This document shows positions 9,410 to 17,990 of a stretch of DNA of 64,000 nt, piece after piece (the stretch's first letter is position 1; the number at the start of each line of letters is the position of its first letter). This DNA comes from an uncultured Candidatus Saccharibacteria bacterium (GTDB taxonomy: Bacteria; Patescibacteriota; Minisyncoccia; Minisyncoccales; MHMH01). The translations under genes and the position numbers were made by a program. The notes under the pieces were generated by a model. That model saw nothing but the letters and a program-made list of their open reading frames with translations. It was not told where the DNA came from and ran no database searches. The stretch is from the NCBI GenBank assembly GCA_964568775.1, contig CAZMQW010000002.1, positions 4,354-68,353 on the forward strand, read 5' to 3'.

Positions 9410-11520
9410 TAAACCTTGGCTGGTATCTTAAATTCTTTCCTGTCTTTAAACTCTTGGCTTTTCCCTTCATTCCATTGCTTTACCGGACGGAGATACCCGA
9501 CAATCCTGGAATAGACTTCGCACGGCTGCTTAATCGTGCATTTCGGACATTCGAAATGTTCGCCGGATAAATAGCCGTGGGAAGGACAAATCGAGAAAGT
9601 GGGAGTTAAGGTAATGTAAGGCAGGTGGAAATTCTCAAAAACTTTCTTCACCAGGTTTTTGACCGACCGAACATCGGAAATCCGTTCACCCAAAAAGAGA
9701 TGTAAGACCGTGCCGCCGGTGTATTTGCACTGGATTTCGTCCTGGAGCTTTAAAGCCTCGAAAACATCATCGGTATAGTTGACCGGCAGCTGGCTGGAAT
9801 TTGTGTAATAGGGCATCTCTTTGGTGCCGGCAGTAATAATATCCGGATATTTTTCCTTGTCTTTTTTGGCCAAGCGGTAAGCGGTCGCTTCGGCCGGCGT
9901 GGCCTCCAGATTGTATAAATTATCAGTTTCTTTCTGATAAGCCATCAACCTATCTCTCATAAATTCCAAAATCTCGGCAGTAAATTTTCTTCCCTGACGC
10001 GAACCGATATCCTGGCCGAGAAAATTCAAAATACATTCATTGACCCCGATCAGGCCGATGGTTGAAAAATGGTTGCCCCAATAACTACCTCTCATCTGAT
10101 TAACAGCGGCCAAATAATATTTGGAATAGGGATAAAGGCCTTTTTTCATAAAATTATCCAAAGCTTTTCTTTTAATTTCCAAGCTTTCTTTAGCCAAATC
10201 CATAAACTTGGTCAGTCTTTCGAAAAACTCCTTCTTGGTTTTGGATAAATAGCCGATTCGGGCCATATTGATGGTGACAACGCCGATACTGCCGGTTAAA
10301 GGATTGGAACCGAATAATCCTCCACCTCTTTTATACAATTCCTTGTTCGACAGACGTAATCTGCAACACATACTTCTTACGTCTTCTGGGTTCATGTCGG
10401 AATGAATGAAATTGGCGAAATAATTCACCCCGTATTTGGCGGTCGCTTCCCACAAAGCGTCCAAATTAGGATCGTCCCAGTCAAAATCCTTGGTAATATT
10501 GACGGTCGGAATAGGAAAGGTGAAAGGTCTGCCCTTGGCGTCTCCTTCTATCAACCCTTCGTAAAAAGCCTTGTTGAGCATATTCATCTCTGCCTGGAAT
10601 TCGCCGTAAGTTTCTTTTTGCGGCTTGCCACCGATTATCACGGCTTGTTTGGCTATGGCCGGCGAGGGTTTTATGTCAATCGTCAGATTGGTAAAAGGAT
10701 TTTGAAAGCCCACTCGGGTCGGAATGGAACAATTAAATAAAAATTCCTGGATAGCCTGTTTGATTTGCTTGTAGCTCAAATTATCATAACGGATGAAGGG
10801 CGCCAATAAAGTATCAAATGATGAAACGGCTTGGGCGCCGGCTGACTCGCCTTGGACCGTATACCAAAAATTGACTAATTGCCCTAAAGCCGACCTCAAA
10901 TGTTTGGCTGGCTTTGATTCCACTTTGCCGGACACCCCGCCGAATCCTTTCAATAATAAATCGTACAAATCCCAGCCGCAGCAGTAAGTAGCCAAAGTAT
11001 CCAGGTTATGAATATGAAAATCGCCTGAATCAACCGCTTCCCTGACCTCCTGTGGATAAACTTTATTCAACCAGTATTTTTTGGTAATGGCCGAAACTCC
11101 GTAATGGTTCAGCCCCTGCAGAGAATAAGCCATGTTGGCGTTTTCGTAAACCTGCCAGTCCAGCTCCTTAATGTATTTGTCAACCATTTCCAAAGATTCA
11201 TCAATCCCGCCGGCCGCTTCCCTGATTTTCCTTCTCTGTTCACGGTAAAGAATGTAAGCTTTGGCCGTTTCAACGAAATTCTCTAAAATTAAAACCTCCT
11301 CCACGATATCTTGGACTTGTTCCACGTGAGGAGTTTCTCCGGTTTTGAATCTCCGGTTTAATAGTTCAACGACTTTGTCGGAAAGTCTGCTTGATTTTTT
11401 GCCGTCACCCTGTTTGGTCGCGGTTAAAGCCTTATAAATGGCTTCGGTAATTTTTTTCTGTTCAAAATCAACTATCTGATCGTCCCTCTTTTTAACTTTA
11501 ATAATTTTATTAGTGACCAT
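9409..11520 (-). CDS. nrdD: anaerobic ribonucleoside-triphosphate reductase (class III RNR) with N-terminal ATP-cone
   Basis: 703 aa. N-terminal ATP-cone (VKKRDDQIVDFEQKKITEAIYKA), a C-terminal Zn ribbon (CPKC...C) and the glycyl-radical motif RIVGYLRPV at the C-terminus. Confidence 0.9.
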   Translation of the reverse strand: MVTNKIIKVKKRDDQIVDFEQKKITEAIYKALTATKQGDGKKSSRLSDKVVELLNRRFKTGETPHVEQVQDIVEEVLILENFVETAKAYILYREQRRKIREAAGGIDESLEMVDKYIKELDWQVYENANMAYSLQGLNHYGVSAITKKYWLNKVYPQEVREAVDSGDFHIHNLDTLATYCCGWDLYDLLLKGFGGVSGKVESKPAKHLRSALGQLVNFWYTVQGESAGAQAVSSFDTLLAPFIRYDNLSYKQIKQAIQEFLFNCSIPTRVGFQNPFTNLTIDIKPSPAIAKQAVIIGGKPQKETYGEFQAEMNMLNKAFYEGLIEGDAKGRPFTFPIPTVNITKDFDWDDPNLDALWEATAKYGVNYFANFIHSDMNPEDVRSMCCRLRLSNKELYKRGGGLFGSNPLTGSIGVVTINMARIGYLSKTKKEFFERLTKFMDLAKESLEIKRKALDNFMKKGLYPYSKYYLAAVNQMRGSYWGNHFSTIGLIGVNECILNFLGQDIGSRQGRKFTAEILEFMRDRLMAYQKETDNLYNLEATPAEATAYRLAKKDKEKYPDIITAGTKEMPYYTNSSQLPVNYTDDVFEALKLQDEIQCKYTGGTVLHLFLGERISDVRSVKNLVKKVFENFHLPYITLTPTFSICPSHGYLSGEHFECPKCTIKQPCEVYSRIVGYLRPVKQWNEGKSQEFKDRKEFKIPAKV

Positions 11521-11578
11521 ATTGGTAGTGGCGATAAAAAAATCTCCTTGAGAAAGAGAAAAATTGAAATATTATTAC

Positions 11579-11607
11579 ATTCTAGCGCAATAAAAAACAG
11601 AGGTCAA
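11579..11607 (-). promoter_or_regulatory. sigma70-like promoter for nrdDG: -35 TTGACC, 17-nt spacer, -10 TAGAAT (read on the minus strand)
   Basis: Reverse-complement of 11579..11607 reads TTGACCtctgttttttattgcgcTAGAAT, about 55 nt upstream of the nrdD ATG (11520). Confidence 0.35.
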
Positions 11608-11625
11608 ACCCCTGTCAAGCCCTTA
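11597..11625 (-). terminator. possible intrinsic terminator downstream of ftsZ (imperfect hairpin + T-tract on the minus strand)
   Basis: On the minus strand, CAGGGG-TTTGAC-CTCTG (5 of 6 bp) is followed by TTTTTTATT, 25 nt after the ftsZ stop. Overlaps the nrdD promoter -35. Confidence 0.25.
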
Positions 11626-11650
11626 AAAGCCCCGGCTTATCCACAGCCAG

Positions 11651-12589
11651 CTATTTTTTATCAAAGCCGGTAGCAATTACTGTTATTTTCAATTCGTCCC
11701 TGGATAAATTCTTGTCATGGACCGCTCCGAAAATCACTTTGGCCCGGGAATCGGCATTTTGGGTGATAATATTGGCTGCTTCGTTGATCTCGGCCAGGCT
11801 CAAACCGTCTCCACCCGAAACATTAAATAAAATTCCCTTAGCGCCGTTGATGGAAAAATCAAGCAAGGGCGAGCTGATGGCCAAATTGCACGCTGTTTCA
11901 ACTTTTCTCTCGCCTTTAGCTTTGCCCTGGCCGAAAAAGGCCCGGCCCGAATCTTTCATAATGGTTTTGATATCGGCGTAATCAATATTAATCATCCCGG
12001 GAAACAAAATTAAATCAGTAATGCCCTGGACCGCCTGTCTTAAGACTTCGTCGCACGCCCAGAAAGCAGCCAGCAAGGTAGTTTCCTTCCCCCCCTGCAA
12101 AAGCACTTTGTCATTAGGGATAACCAGAAGAGTGTCGACTTTGTTTTTTAAAACTTCCAGCGCCCGCTTAGCCACCTGAGTTCGGTAGCCGCCTTCAAAA
12201 GAAAAAGGCGTGGTCACCACCGCTATCACCAAAGATCCCTGGTTTTTAGCGAGTTCAGCCACAACTGGCGCCCCACCCGAGCCCGTGCCGCCGCCCAAAC
12301 CACAAGTGATAAAAACCATGTCGGCCCCGGCTAAAACTTGGCTGATTTCGGTTTTGTTTTCTTCGGCCGCCCTTCGGCCGATTTCCGGATTCATGCCCGC
12401 TCCCAGCCCCTGGGTTAAACTCTGGCCGATGCGCAGTTTTTGCTGGGCTTTGGTTTTTTGCAAATCCTGGCTGTCGCAATTGATGGCTACTAATTCCACT
12501 CCCTGAATACGGCAGGCAGCCATCCGCGAGATAGCATTGCCGCCGGCGCCGCCGACTCCGACTACTTTTATTTTGGCATTAGGCTTCAT
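11651..12589 (-). CDS. ftsZ: cell division GTPase FtsZ
   Basis: 312 aa with the tubulin signature GGGTGSGGAPVVA and the N-terminal IKVVGVGGAGGNA GTP-binding motif. Confidence 0.95.
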   Translation of the reverse strand: MKPNAKIKVVGVGGAGGNAISRMAACRIQGVELVAINCDSQDLQKTKAQQKLRIGQSLTQGLGAGMNPEIGRRAAEENKTEISQVLAGADMVFITCGLGGGTGSGGAPVVAELAKNQGSLVIAVVTTPFSFEGGYRTQVAKRALEVLKNKVDTLLVIPNDKVLLQGGKETTLLAAFWACDEVLRQAVQGITDLILFPGMINIDYADIKTIMKDSGRAFFGQGKAKGERKVETACNLAISSPLLDFSINGAKGILFNVSGGDGLSLAEINEAANIITQNADSRAKVIFGAVHDKNLSRDELKITVIATGFDKK

Positions 12590-13806
12590 GGTAAAAATAC
12601 CTTAAACGCTTTTTTCAACTTGGTTGTCACGCCTTTATTAATGGAAGGCAGTTTCCAGTCAGTGGTGTCTGATTCGGCCGCACCGAGCACCAAACCGCAA
12701 ACAGTACTGTAAGAGGGATCTTTTTCCAAGCCTTCCAAATTGTCGGGCAGGCCGATTCTGGCCGGCAGCTTTAATTCTTTTTTGGCCAAATCAACAATCC
12801 TAGGCAGTTTTGCTCCCCCGCCGGTTATAACCACGCCAGCCGGCAAAAGACCTTTAAGGGAAATCTTTTTCAATTCTTTTCCAGCTAAATCAAAAATCTC
12901 AGCCACCCTAGCTTCAATAATTTTGGCCAGCATCTTGTGGGAAAAAGTTAAAAACTCGGCTGTGCCGGCCTCGTGAGGTATTTCAATCTTTTCTTTTTTA
13001 GCTCCTCCCTTGGCCAAACAACTGCCGAATTCTCTTTTTATCTGCTCGGCGATTTCCACTTCGGTTTTCAGGCCGACCGCCAAGTCGTGGGTAATTCGCT
13101 CCGAGCCAATCGGCAAAACAGCGGTATGAACCAAATCTCCTTCTTCATACACCGCCAGATCAGTGGTGCCAGCGCCAATATCCAACAAGCAAACTCCCAA
13201 TTCTTTTTGCTGGGGAGTCAAAACGGCCCGGGCGCTGGCCAAAGGCGAAGGTACAACGTCAGCCACCTGGAAACCAGCGTTCAGGACAGCCGCAGTTAAA
13301 TTTTTGAAATAAGGCGAAAAAGCGCAAAGCGCCAGCACCTCCGCTTCCAATCTAACTCCCTGCATGTCGCAGGGCTCTTTGATCTGTTCGCCGTCAACAA
13401 TGAATTCCCGCGGGAAAACTTCTAAAATTTCTTTATTGGAAGGCAAAGAAAAAGCCTGGGCTGCCTGAATGGCCCGGTTAACGTCTTCTTCTGAAATCTT
13501 CTGGTCGGCCCGGGAAACTATAATAGTGCCTCTTGAAGGAGTGGCAAAAATATGGCTACCGCCGATGTTGACATAAACTTCGTCAACATTTCGGCCAATA
13601 TCTTTTTGCAATTGTTCCAGGATTTGGGCAATGTATTTGGACACTTCATCAACCTTGATGACGATGCCTCGCCTGGTGCCGAAAGCAGACAGTTCGGCAT
13701 AGCCCAAAACTTCCAGATTGTTGGATTCCGGATTTTTGGTCACCGCCAACGCTTTGATCAAAGAAGTGCCAACATCTAAACCGGTTATGATTTTTGTTTT
13801 AGCCAT
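12586..13806 (-). CDS. ftsA: cell division protein FtsA (actin-like ATPase)
   Basis: 406 aa. N-terminus IITGLDVGTSLIKALA (phosphate-1 motif). Immediately upstream of ftsZ with a 4-nt overlap. Confidence 0.9.
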   Translation of the reverse strand: MAKTKIITGLDVGTSLIKALAVTKNPESNNLEVLGYAELSAFGTRRGIVIKVDEVSKYIAQILEQLQKDIGRNVDEVYVNIGGSHIFATPSRGTIIVSRADQKISEEDVNRAIQAAQAFSLPSNKEILEVFPREFIVDGEQIKEPCDMQGVRLEAEVLALCAFSPYFKNLTAAVLNAGFQVADVVPSPLASARAVLTPQQKELGVCLLDIGAGTTDLAVYEEGDLVHTAVLPIGSERITHDLAVGLKTEVEIAEQIKREFGSCLAKGGAKKEKIEIPHEAGTAEFLTFSHKMLAKIIEARVAEIFDLAGKELKKISLKGLLPAGVVITGGGAKLPRIVDLAKKELKLPARIGLPDNLEGLEKDPSYSTVCGLVLGAAESDTTDWKLPSINKGVTTKLKKAFKVFLP

Positions 13807-14173
13807 TGTCGCTTAGGTAATAGTTTTCTTTATTTCCCATGGCTTCGTGGTTGTAGCCTAAAATATGTAAAATGCCGTGGATTAAAACTCGGGCTAATTC
13901 CTTTTTAAACGTTGATTTTAACCTGGCGGTGTTTTTTTTAACCTCTCTCAGACAAATAACCACTTCTCCCGAATTGTCATATTGGAAAGATAAGACATCG
14001 GTCGCTTTATTCTTCTGCCGGTATTTTTTGTTCAATTCTCTGATTCTGGCCGGACCGACTAGAACTACTGAAATTTCCATCTTCCTATTTTCTCCCTCTA
14101 AAACCTTTTCAGCAAGCCCGATTAAAAACTTCTCGTCTGCCTTGTTGGTTGTCAGATTGTTAACCTCAATCAT
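13799..14173 (-). CDS. ybeY: endoribonuclease YbeY (rRNA maturation factor)
   Basis: 124 aa with the zinc-binding motif HGILHILGYNHE (HxxxHxxGxxH). Confidence 0.9.
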   Translation of the reverse strand: MIEVNNLTTNKADEKFLIGLAEKVLEGENRKMEISVVLVGPARIRELNKKYRQKNKATDVLSFQYDNSGEVVICLREVKKNTARLKSTFKKELARVLIHGILHILGYNHEAMGNKENYYLSDNG

Positions 14174-14182
14174 TTCTTTTGA

Positions 14183-14689
14183 TTATTTTTGAGGTAGTAA
14201 TAATTCTTTAACAATCTTGGAAACCAAACCGCCGTCAGCTTTGCCTTTTACCTGATCCATCAACTCTGACATGACCTTGCCCATGTCTTTTGGTTCTTTG
14301 GCGCCAACTTTATCAATGGCTTGCTGGGCTAATTTTTTAAGTTCCTCCTCCGGCATCTGCTCGGGCAGATACTGCTGCAGAATTTCTATTTCTTTTTTCT
14401 CTTTCTCGGCCAGTTCTTTCCGATTCCCCTTTTCGTAATCAGCCGCCGCTTCCCTTCTTTTTTTAATTTCAGCGGCAATAACGTTAACCAGTTCCTCTTC
14501 TCCCAATCGGCTTTCTTTAACCAGCTCCTCCTCTTTCAAATCGGGTTTTTCCTGGCTCAGCTTATATCTTTTTTCTTTTTCCTTGTTCAAAACAGCGGCA
14601 TTGAGCATCCGTAAAACGACCGAGGCCAACTCCTCTTTCTGTTTGATGGCTTTATTTAAATCTTGCTGAACCTTTTCTTTTAAAGTCAT
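14183..14689 (-). CDS. GatB/YqeY domain protein
   Basis: 168 aa. C-terminal GatB/YqeY motif KDMGKVMSELMDQVKGKADGGLVSKIVKELL. Conserved rpsU-yqeY neighbourhood. Confidence 0.8.
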   Translation of the reverse strand: MTLKEKVQQDLNKAIKQKEELASVVLRMLNAAVLNKEKEKRYKLSQEKPDLKEEELVKESRLGEEELVNVIAAEIKKRREAAADYEKGNRKELAEKEKKEIEILQQYLPEQMPEEELKKLAQQAIDKVGAKEPKDMGKVMSELMDQVKGKADGGLVSKIVKELLLPQK

Positions 14690-14906
14690 TTTTAAGTTTG
14701 CCCAACTTTTTTAATTTCTTGTATTCTTTCCTCAGCTCTTCCCGGCGCAGAGCAGCTTTTTTCTTGGCCTGGCGGCTCTTGGGCCTGGCATTAAACCTGG
14801 TTTTTCTGGCCCGCAGCAAAATTCCGCTTTGCTGGACTCTTTTGCCAAAGCGTCTAACTAAACTCTGGGCTGTTTCCCTTTCCTGTTTTTTGACTTCTAA
14901 GGCCAT
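14652..14906 (-). CDS. rpsU: 30S ribosomal protein S21 (with a lysine-rich C-terminal extension)
   Basis: 84 aa. AQSLVRRFGKRVQQSGILLRARKTRFNARPKSRQAKKKAALRR matches the S21 core. The 3' end overlaps the yqeY start by 38 nt. Confidence 0.75.
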   Translation of the reverse strand: MALEVKKQERETAQSLVRRFGKRVQQSGILLRARKTRFNARPKSRQAKKKAALRREELRKEYKKLKKLGKLKNDFKRKGSARFK

Positions 14907-15232
14907 GATAATGTTTTACCTCCTAATATGTGTAAATGCAAGTGAAAAATGGTCTGGCCAGCGCCCTGGCCGGTGTTAAAGACCAAACGGTAGCCGCTTT
15001 CCGATATACCCGCCTCCCGGGCAACCTTCTTGGCCGTCAAGATTAAATCACCGATCAAATCTTTATCTGCTTCGGCCAAATCATTGACCGAAGAGATGTG
15101 TCTCTTGGGAATGGCTAAATAATGAATCGGGGCGGCCGGCTGGATGTCTTTAATAACCAAAATCTGCTTATCCTCGTAAATAACTTCAGCCGGTTTTTCC
15201 TTGTTGATTATCTGACAGAATAAACAAGCCAT
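14897..15232 (-). CDS. HIT-family (histidine triad) nucleotide hydrolase
   Basis: 111 aa with the HIT motif HLHLHILGG and N-terminal CLFCQI. Confidence 0.85.
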   Translation of the reverse strand: MACLFCQIINKEKPAEVIYEDKQILVIKDIQPAAPIHYLAIPKRHISSVNDLAEADKDLIGDLILTAKKVAREAGISESGYRLVFNTGQGAGQTIFHLHLHILGGKTLSWP

Positions 15233-15233
15233 C

Positions 15234-16520
15234 TTACTTTTTCAACTTTTTTTCTATTTCTCTAACCACTTTGTCCAATTTCACTGTTTCCTGTTTGCCT
15301 GTTTTCATGTTCCTAATGATGATCGTGCCATCCAAAGCTTCTTTCTGGCCCAATATCAAAGCAAAACTGGCTCCCAGTTTGTCGGCGGTTCTCAGTTGGG
15401 TCTTCAGCGAATCCTTGCCGAAAGATTCGGCCACCGGTATCCTGGCTTTCCGGAATTCTTCAAAAAGTTTCAGGCTACGCCTTTTGGCCAGTTCTCCCAA
15501 TTGGCTTAAAAAAATCTTAACTGGCGGGGGCGATGCTGTCTCTTTTTTAGCTTTCTCTTTCAGGATCTTCACTATTCTTTCAACTCCAGCTGCTCCACCG
15601 CAGGCTGGCGTATCCTTGCCCCCCAGCAATCTAACCAGAGCATCGTAACGGCCGCCGCCGCACAAGGCAGTGCCTTTTTGGCCTTCTTCCGGTTCGTCAA
15701 AAATCTCAAAAACTGTTTTAGTGTAGTAATCCAGACCCCGGACCAAATAAGGATTCAAGCGGTAGGGTATTTCAACTTCATCCAAAAATTCTAAAACCTC
15801 TTTAAAGTGCGATTTGCACTCGTCGCACAAATGGTCAATTATCTGGGGGGCTTGAGCTTTGATCGGCTGGCACTTTTCTTCCTCGCAGTCCAAAATTCTC
15901 AAAGGATTATACCTTAATCGGCGCCGGCAGTCAGCGCACAACGAACTTTCCCGGGAACGGAAATAGCTGACCAAAAGCTTCTTGTAATAAGGCCTGCACT
16001 GGCTGTCGCCGATGCTGTTTATTTCAACGATGGGATTCTTGATTTTCAGCTCCCGTAGCATATTGTAGAAAATCTGGATGATTTGCGCATCAACCACTGG
16101 GCTCTGCTCGCCGAAAACCTCAAAGTTAACCTGGTGGAACTGACGGAAACGGTCGGACTGCGGCCTCTCCAAACGGAACAGAGGACCGGCCGAATAGAGT
16201 TTCACCGGTTGGGACAGATTAAACATGCCGTGTTCAATGTAAGATCGGACAATAGCGGCGGTGAATTCGGGCCGCAAAGCCAGATAATCTCCGCCTTTGC
16301 TTCGGAAAATATACATCTGCTTTTCAACAATGTCAGTGCCCAGACCGATGCCTTTGGAAAAAAGCTCGGCCTCCTCAACAACCGGCGTGTCAATTCTTTT
16401 GTAGCCGTAAAAATTAGCTATATTACCAGCTGTATTATAGATTTTCTGGAAAAATGATTGATCGGCCGGCAAAATATCGTGCATACCGGTCGGAGTTTGG
16501 AATTTTGGTTTTTTGGCCAT
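15234..16520 (-). CDS. hisS: histidyl-tRNA synthetase
   Basis: 428 aa. Class II aaRS motifs and the HisRS N-terminus KFQTPTGMHDILP. C-terminal anticodon-binding domain. Confidence 0.95.
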   Translation of the reverse strand: MAKKPKFQTPTGMHDILPADQSFFQKIYNTAGNIANFYGYKRIDTPVVEEAELFSKGIGLGTDIVEKQMYIFRSKGGDYLALRPEFTAAIVRSYIEHGMFNLSQPVKLYSAGPLFRLERPQSDRFRQFHQVNFEVFGEQSPVVDAQIIQIFYNMLRELKIKNPIVEINSIGDSQCRPYYKKLLVSYFRSRESSLCADCRRRLRYNPLRILDCEEEKCQPIKAQAPQIIDHLCDECKSHFKEVLEFLDEVEIPYRLNPYLVRGLDYYTKTVFEIFDEPEEGQKGTALCGGGRYDALVRLLGGKDTPACGGAAGVERIVKILKEKAKKETASPPPVKIFLSQLGELAKRRSLKLFEEFRKARIPVAESFGKDSLKTQLRTADKLGASFALILGQKEALDGTIIIRNMKTGKQETVKLDKVVREIEKKLKK

Positions 16521-16523
16521 AAG

Positions 16524-17069
16524 TTAATACGCCGGTACTTCTATTTTAGCTAAAGCGACAAAAGGCCAAGCCCTAAAAAAGACCCGGCCGATAATATTCT
16601 CTTCCGGCAAATTTCCCCAGCGCCTTGAATCGGCGGAAAGGGGACGGTTGTCTCCCAAAACAAAATATTCGTCTTCGTCCAGCTTTACCTCCATATCGCC
16701 CAACGTCTGGAGGGACGAAGACAGATATTCTGTTTCGTCCAAAACCTGGGGAATCCCGTCCTCAAAAATTAAAACCTGGCCGTCTTTAATGGTAATTGTC
16801 TCCTCGGGCAGCCCGATAATTCTTTTGATGTAGCGTTGGGAAGGATCGTGGGGATATCTAAAAACTATCACCTCGCCCCTCTGCGGCTCCCGAAACTGAT
16901 AGCTGAGCTCGTCAATAATCAGATAATCGCCGTGATAAAAATTAGGTTCCATGCTCTGCCCTCTGACAAAAAAGGGCTGGAAAACAAAATAACGGATAGG
17001 CACCACTATCAGCAAAGCGATAATAACTATTTTCGCTATTTCCCAAATAAAAAAGAGAAAACTCCGCAT
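16524..17069 (-). CDS. lepB: signal peptidase I
   Basis: Catalytic Ser box RGQSMEPNF and box E GDNRPLSADSR. The ORF is open to 17345, but the extra 92 N-terminal residues have no SPase homology. The Met at 17069 precedes the TM anchor (MRSFLFFIWEIAKIVIIALLIVV), so I prefer it as the start. Confidence 0.75.
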   Translation of the reverse strand: MRSFLFFIWEIAKIVIIALLIVVPIRYFVFQPFFVRGQSMEPNFYHGDYLIIDELSYQFREPQRGEVIVFRYPHDPSQRYIKRIIGLPEETITIKDGQVLIFEDGIPQVLDETEYLSSSLQTLGDMEVKLDEDEYFVLGDNRPLSADSRRWGNLPEENIIGRVFFRAWPFVALAKIEVPAY

Positions 17070-17132
17070 ACTTTCATTATTATAACCGGATTCATCCCTT
17101 AATGCAAGCAAATGTGATAGAATATAATTACC

Positions 17133-17603
17133 ATGATTGTGATTGTCGGCCTGGGGAACCCGGGCAAAAAATACGAAAAAACCCGGCACAATGTCGGCTT
17201 CCGGGTTATTGACGAATTGGCCAGAATAAAAGAAAGAGGTTTTATCATCGCCAAACCGCAGACTTTTATGAATAATTCGGGGAAGGCGGTGAAGGCTTTG
17301 GTCAATTTTTATAAAATCAAACCAGACAACCTTTGGGTAGTTCATGATGACATTGATTTACCAATCGGCGAATTAAAAATCGCCAAGGGTAGGGGCTCGG
17401 CCGGCCATAAAGGCGTCCAGTCAATAATAAACGAACTGAAAACAAAAGATTTCAACCGAATCAGGGTCGGCATTTGCCCTAAAACCGACAAGCCAAAAAC
17501 TATTGATAAGTTTGTACTCCAAAACTTTACAAAGGAAGAAGAGAAAATCTTAAAAGAAACTATCAAACAAATAATTATAGAAATAAATAAGTTTATAAAA
17601 TAA
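17133..17603 (+). CDS. pth: peptidyl-tRNA hydrolase
   Basis: 156 aa. N-terminus MIVIVGLGNPGKKYEKTRHNVGF is the canonical Pth motif with the catalytic His. Confidence 0.9.
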   Translation: MIVIVGLGNPGKKYEKTRHNVGFRVIDELARIKERGFIIAKPQTFMNNSGKAVKALVNFYKIKPDNLWVVHDDIDLPIGELKIAKGRGSAGHKGVQSIINELKTKDFNRIRVGICPKTDKPKTIDKFVLQNFTKEEEKILKETIKQIIIEINKFIK

Positions 17604-17631
17604 AAAGCCGGGGCAAGAATATAAGAACTTT

Positions 17632-17931
17632 TCATGCCTCGGCTCCGCTTAGTATCACTTCTTCTTCAAGTTTTACCTTGGGACCAATTATAAATTCAAT
17701 TTCAGGCTCCGGCGCTTTTTTAGCACAATCTGCACAAGATAGTACCTCTTTAACAATTTCTTCCCTGATTTCAGAACGGGTATTAAAAAGTGGCTTCTTT
17801 ATGGGCCAATCTTCTTCTCCGATAACCTCTTCAACAATATCTGTAAAAATGTGTTTAATTTTTATAGGTACCTTTTCGGGCTTTGTTCCTCTCGGCTGAG
17901 GTTGATTACAAAAATAACAAGTAAAACTCAT
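17632..17931 (-). CDS. hypothetical small protein with two CxxC pairs (putative zinc ribbon)
   Basis: 99 aa with CYFC near the N-terminus and CADC about 60 aa later. No family recognised. Divergent from mfd. Confidence 0.35.
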   Translation of the reverse strand: MSFTCYFCNQPQPRGTKPEKVPIKIKHIFTDIVEEVIGEEDWPIKKPLFNTRSEIREEIVKEVLSCADCAKKAPEPEIEFIIGPKVKLEEEVILSGAEA

Positions 17932-17990
17932 ATCCCACCCCCTTTACTGTAATTTGACTCAAAATAACTAATCATACTATACTATTTTAG

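Noticed and set aside
11541-11548. AAGGAG-like sequence upstream of nrdD as a ribosome-binding site
   Set aside because: It lies about 25 nt upstream of the start codon, too far for a functional Shine-Dalgarno. The nrdD N-terminus (ATP-cone) fixes the start at 11520.
17342-17635. 97-aa minus-strand ORF overlapping pth
   Set aside because: Antisense to the conserved pth gene. Hydrophobic, with no homology.
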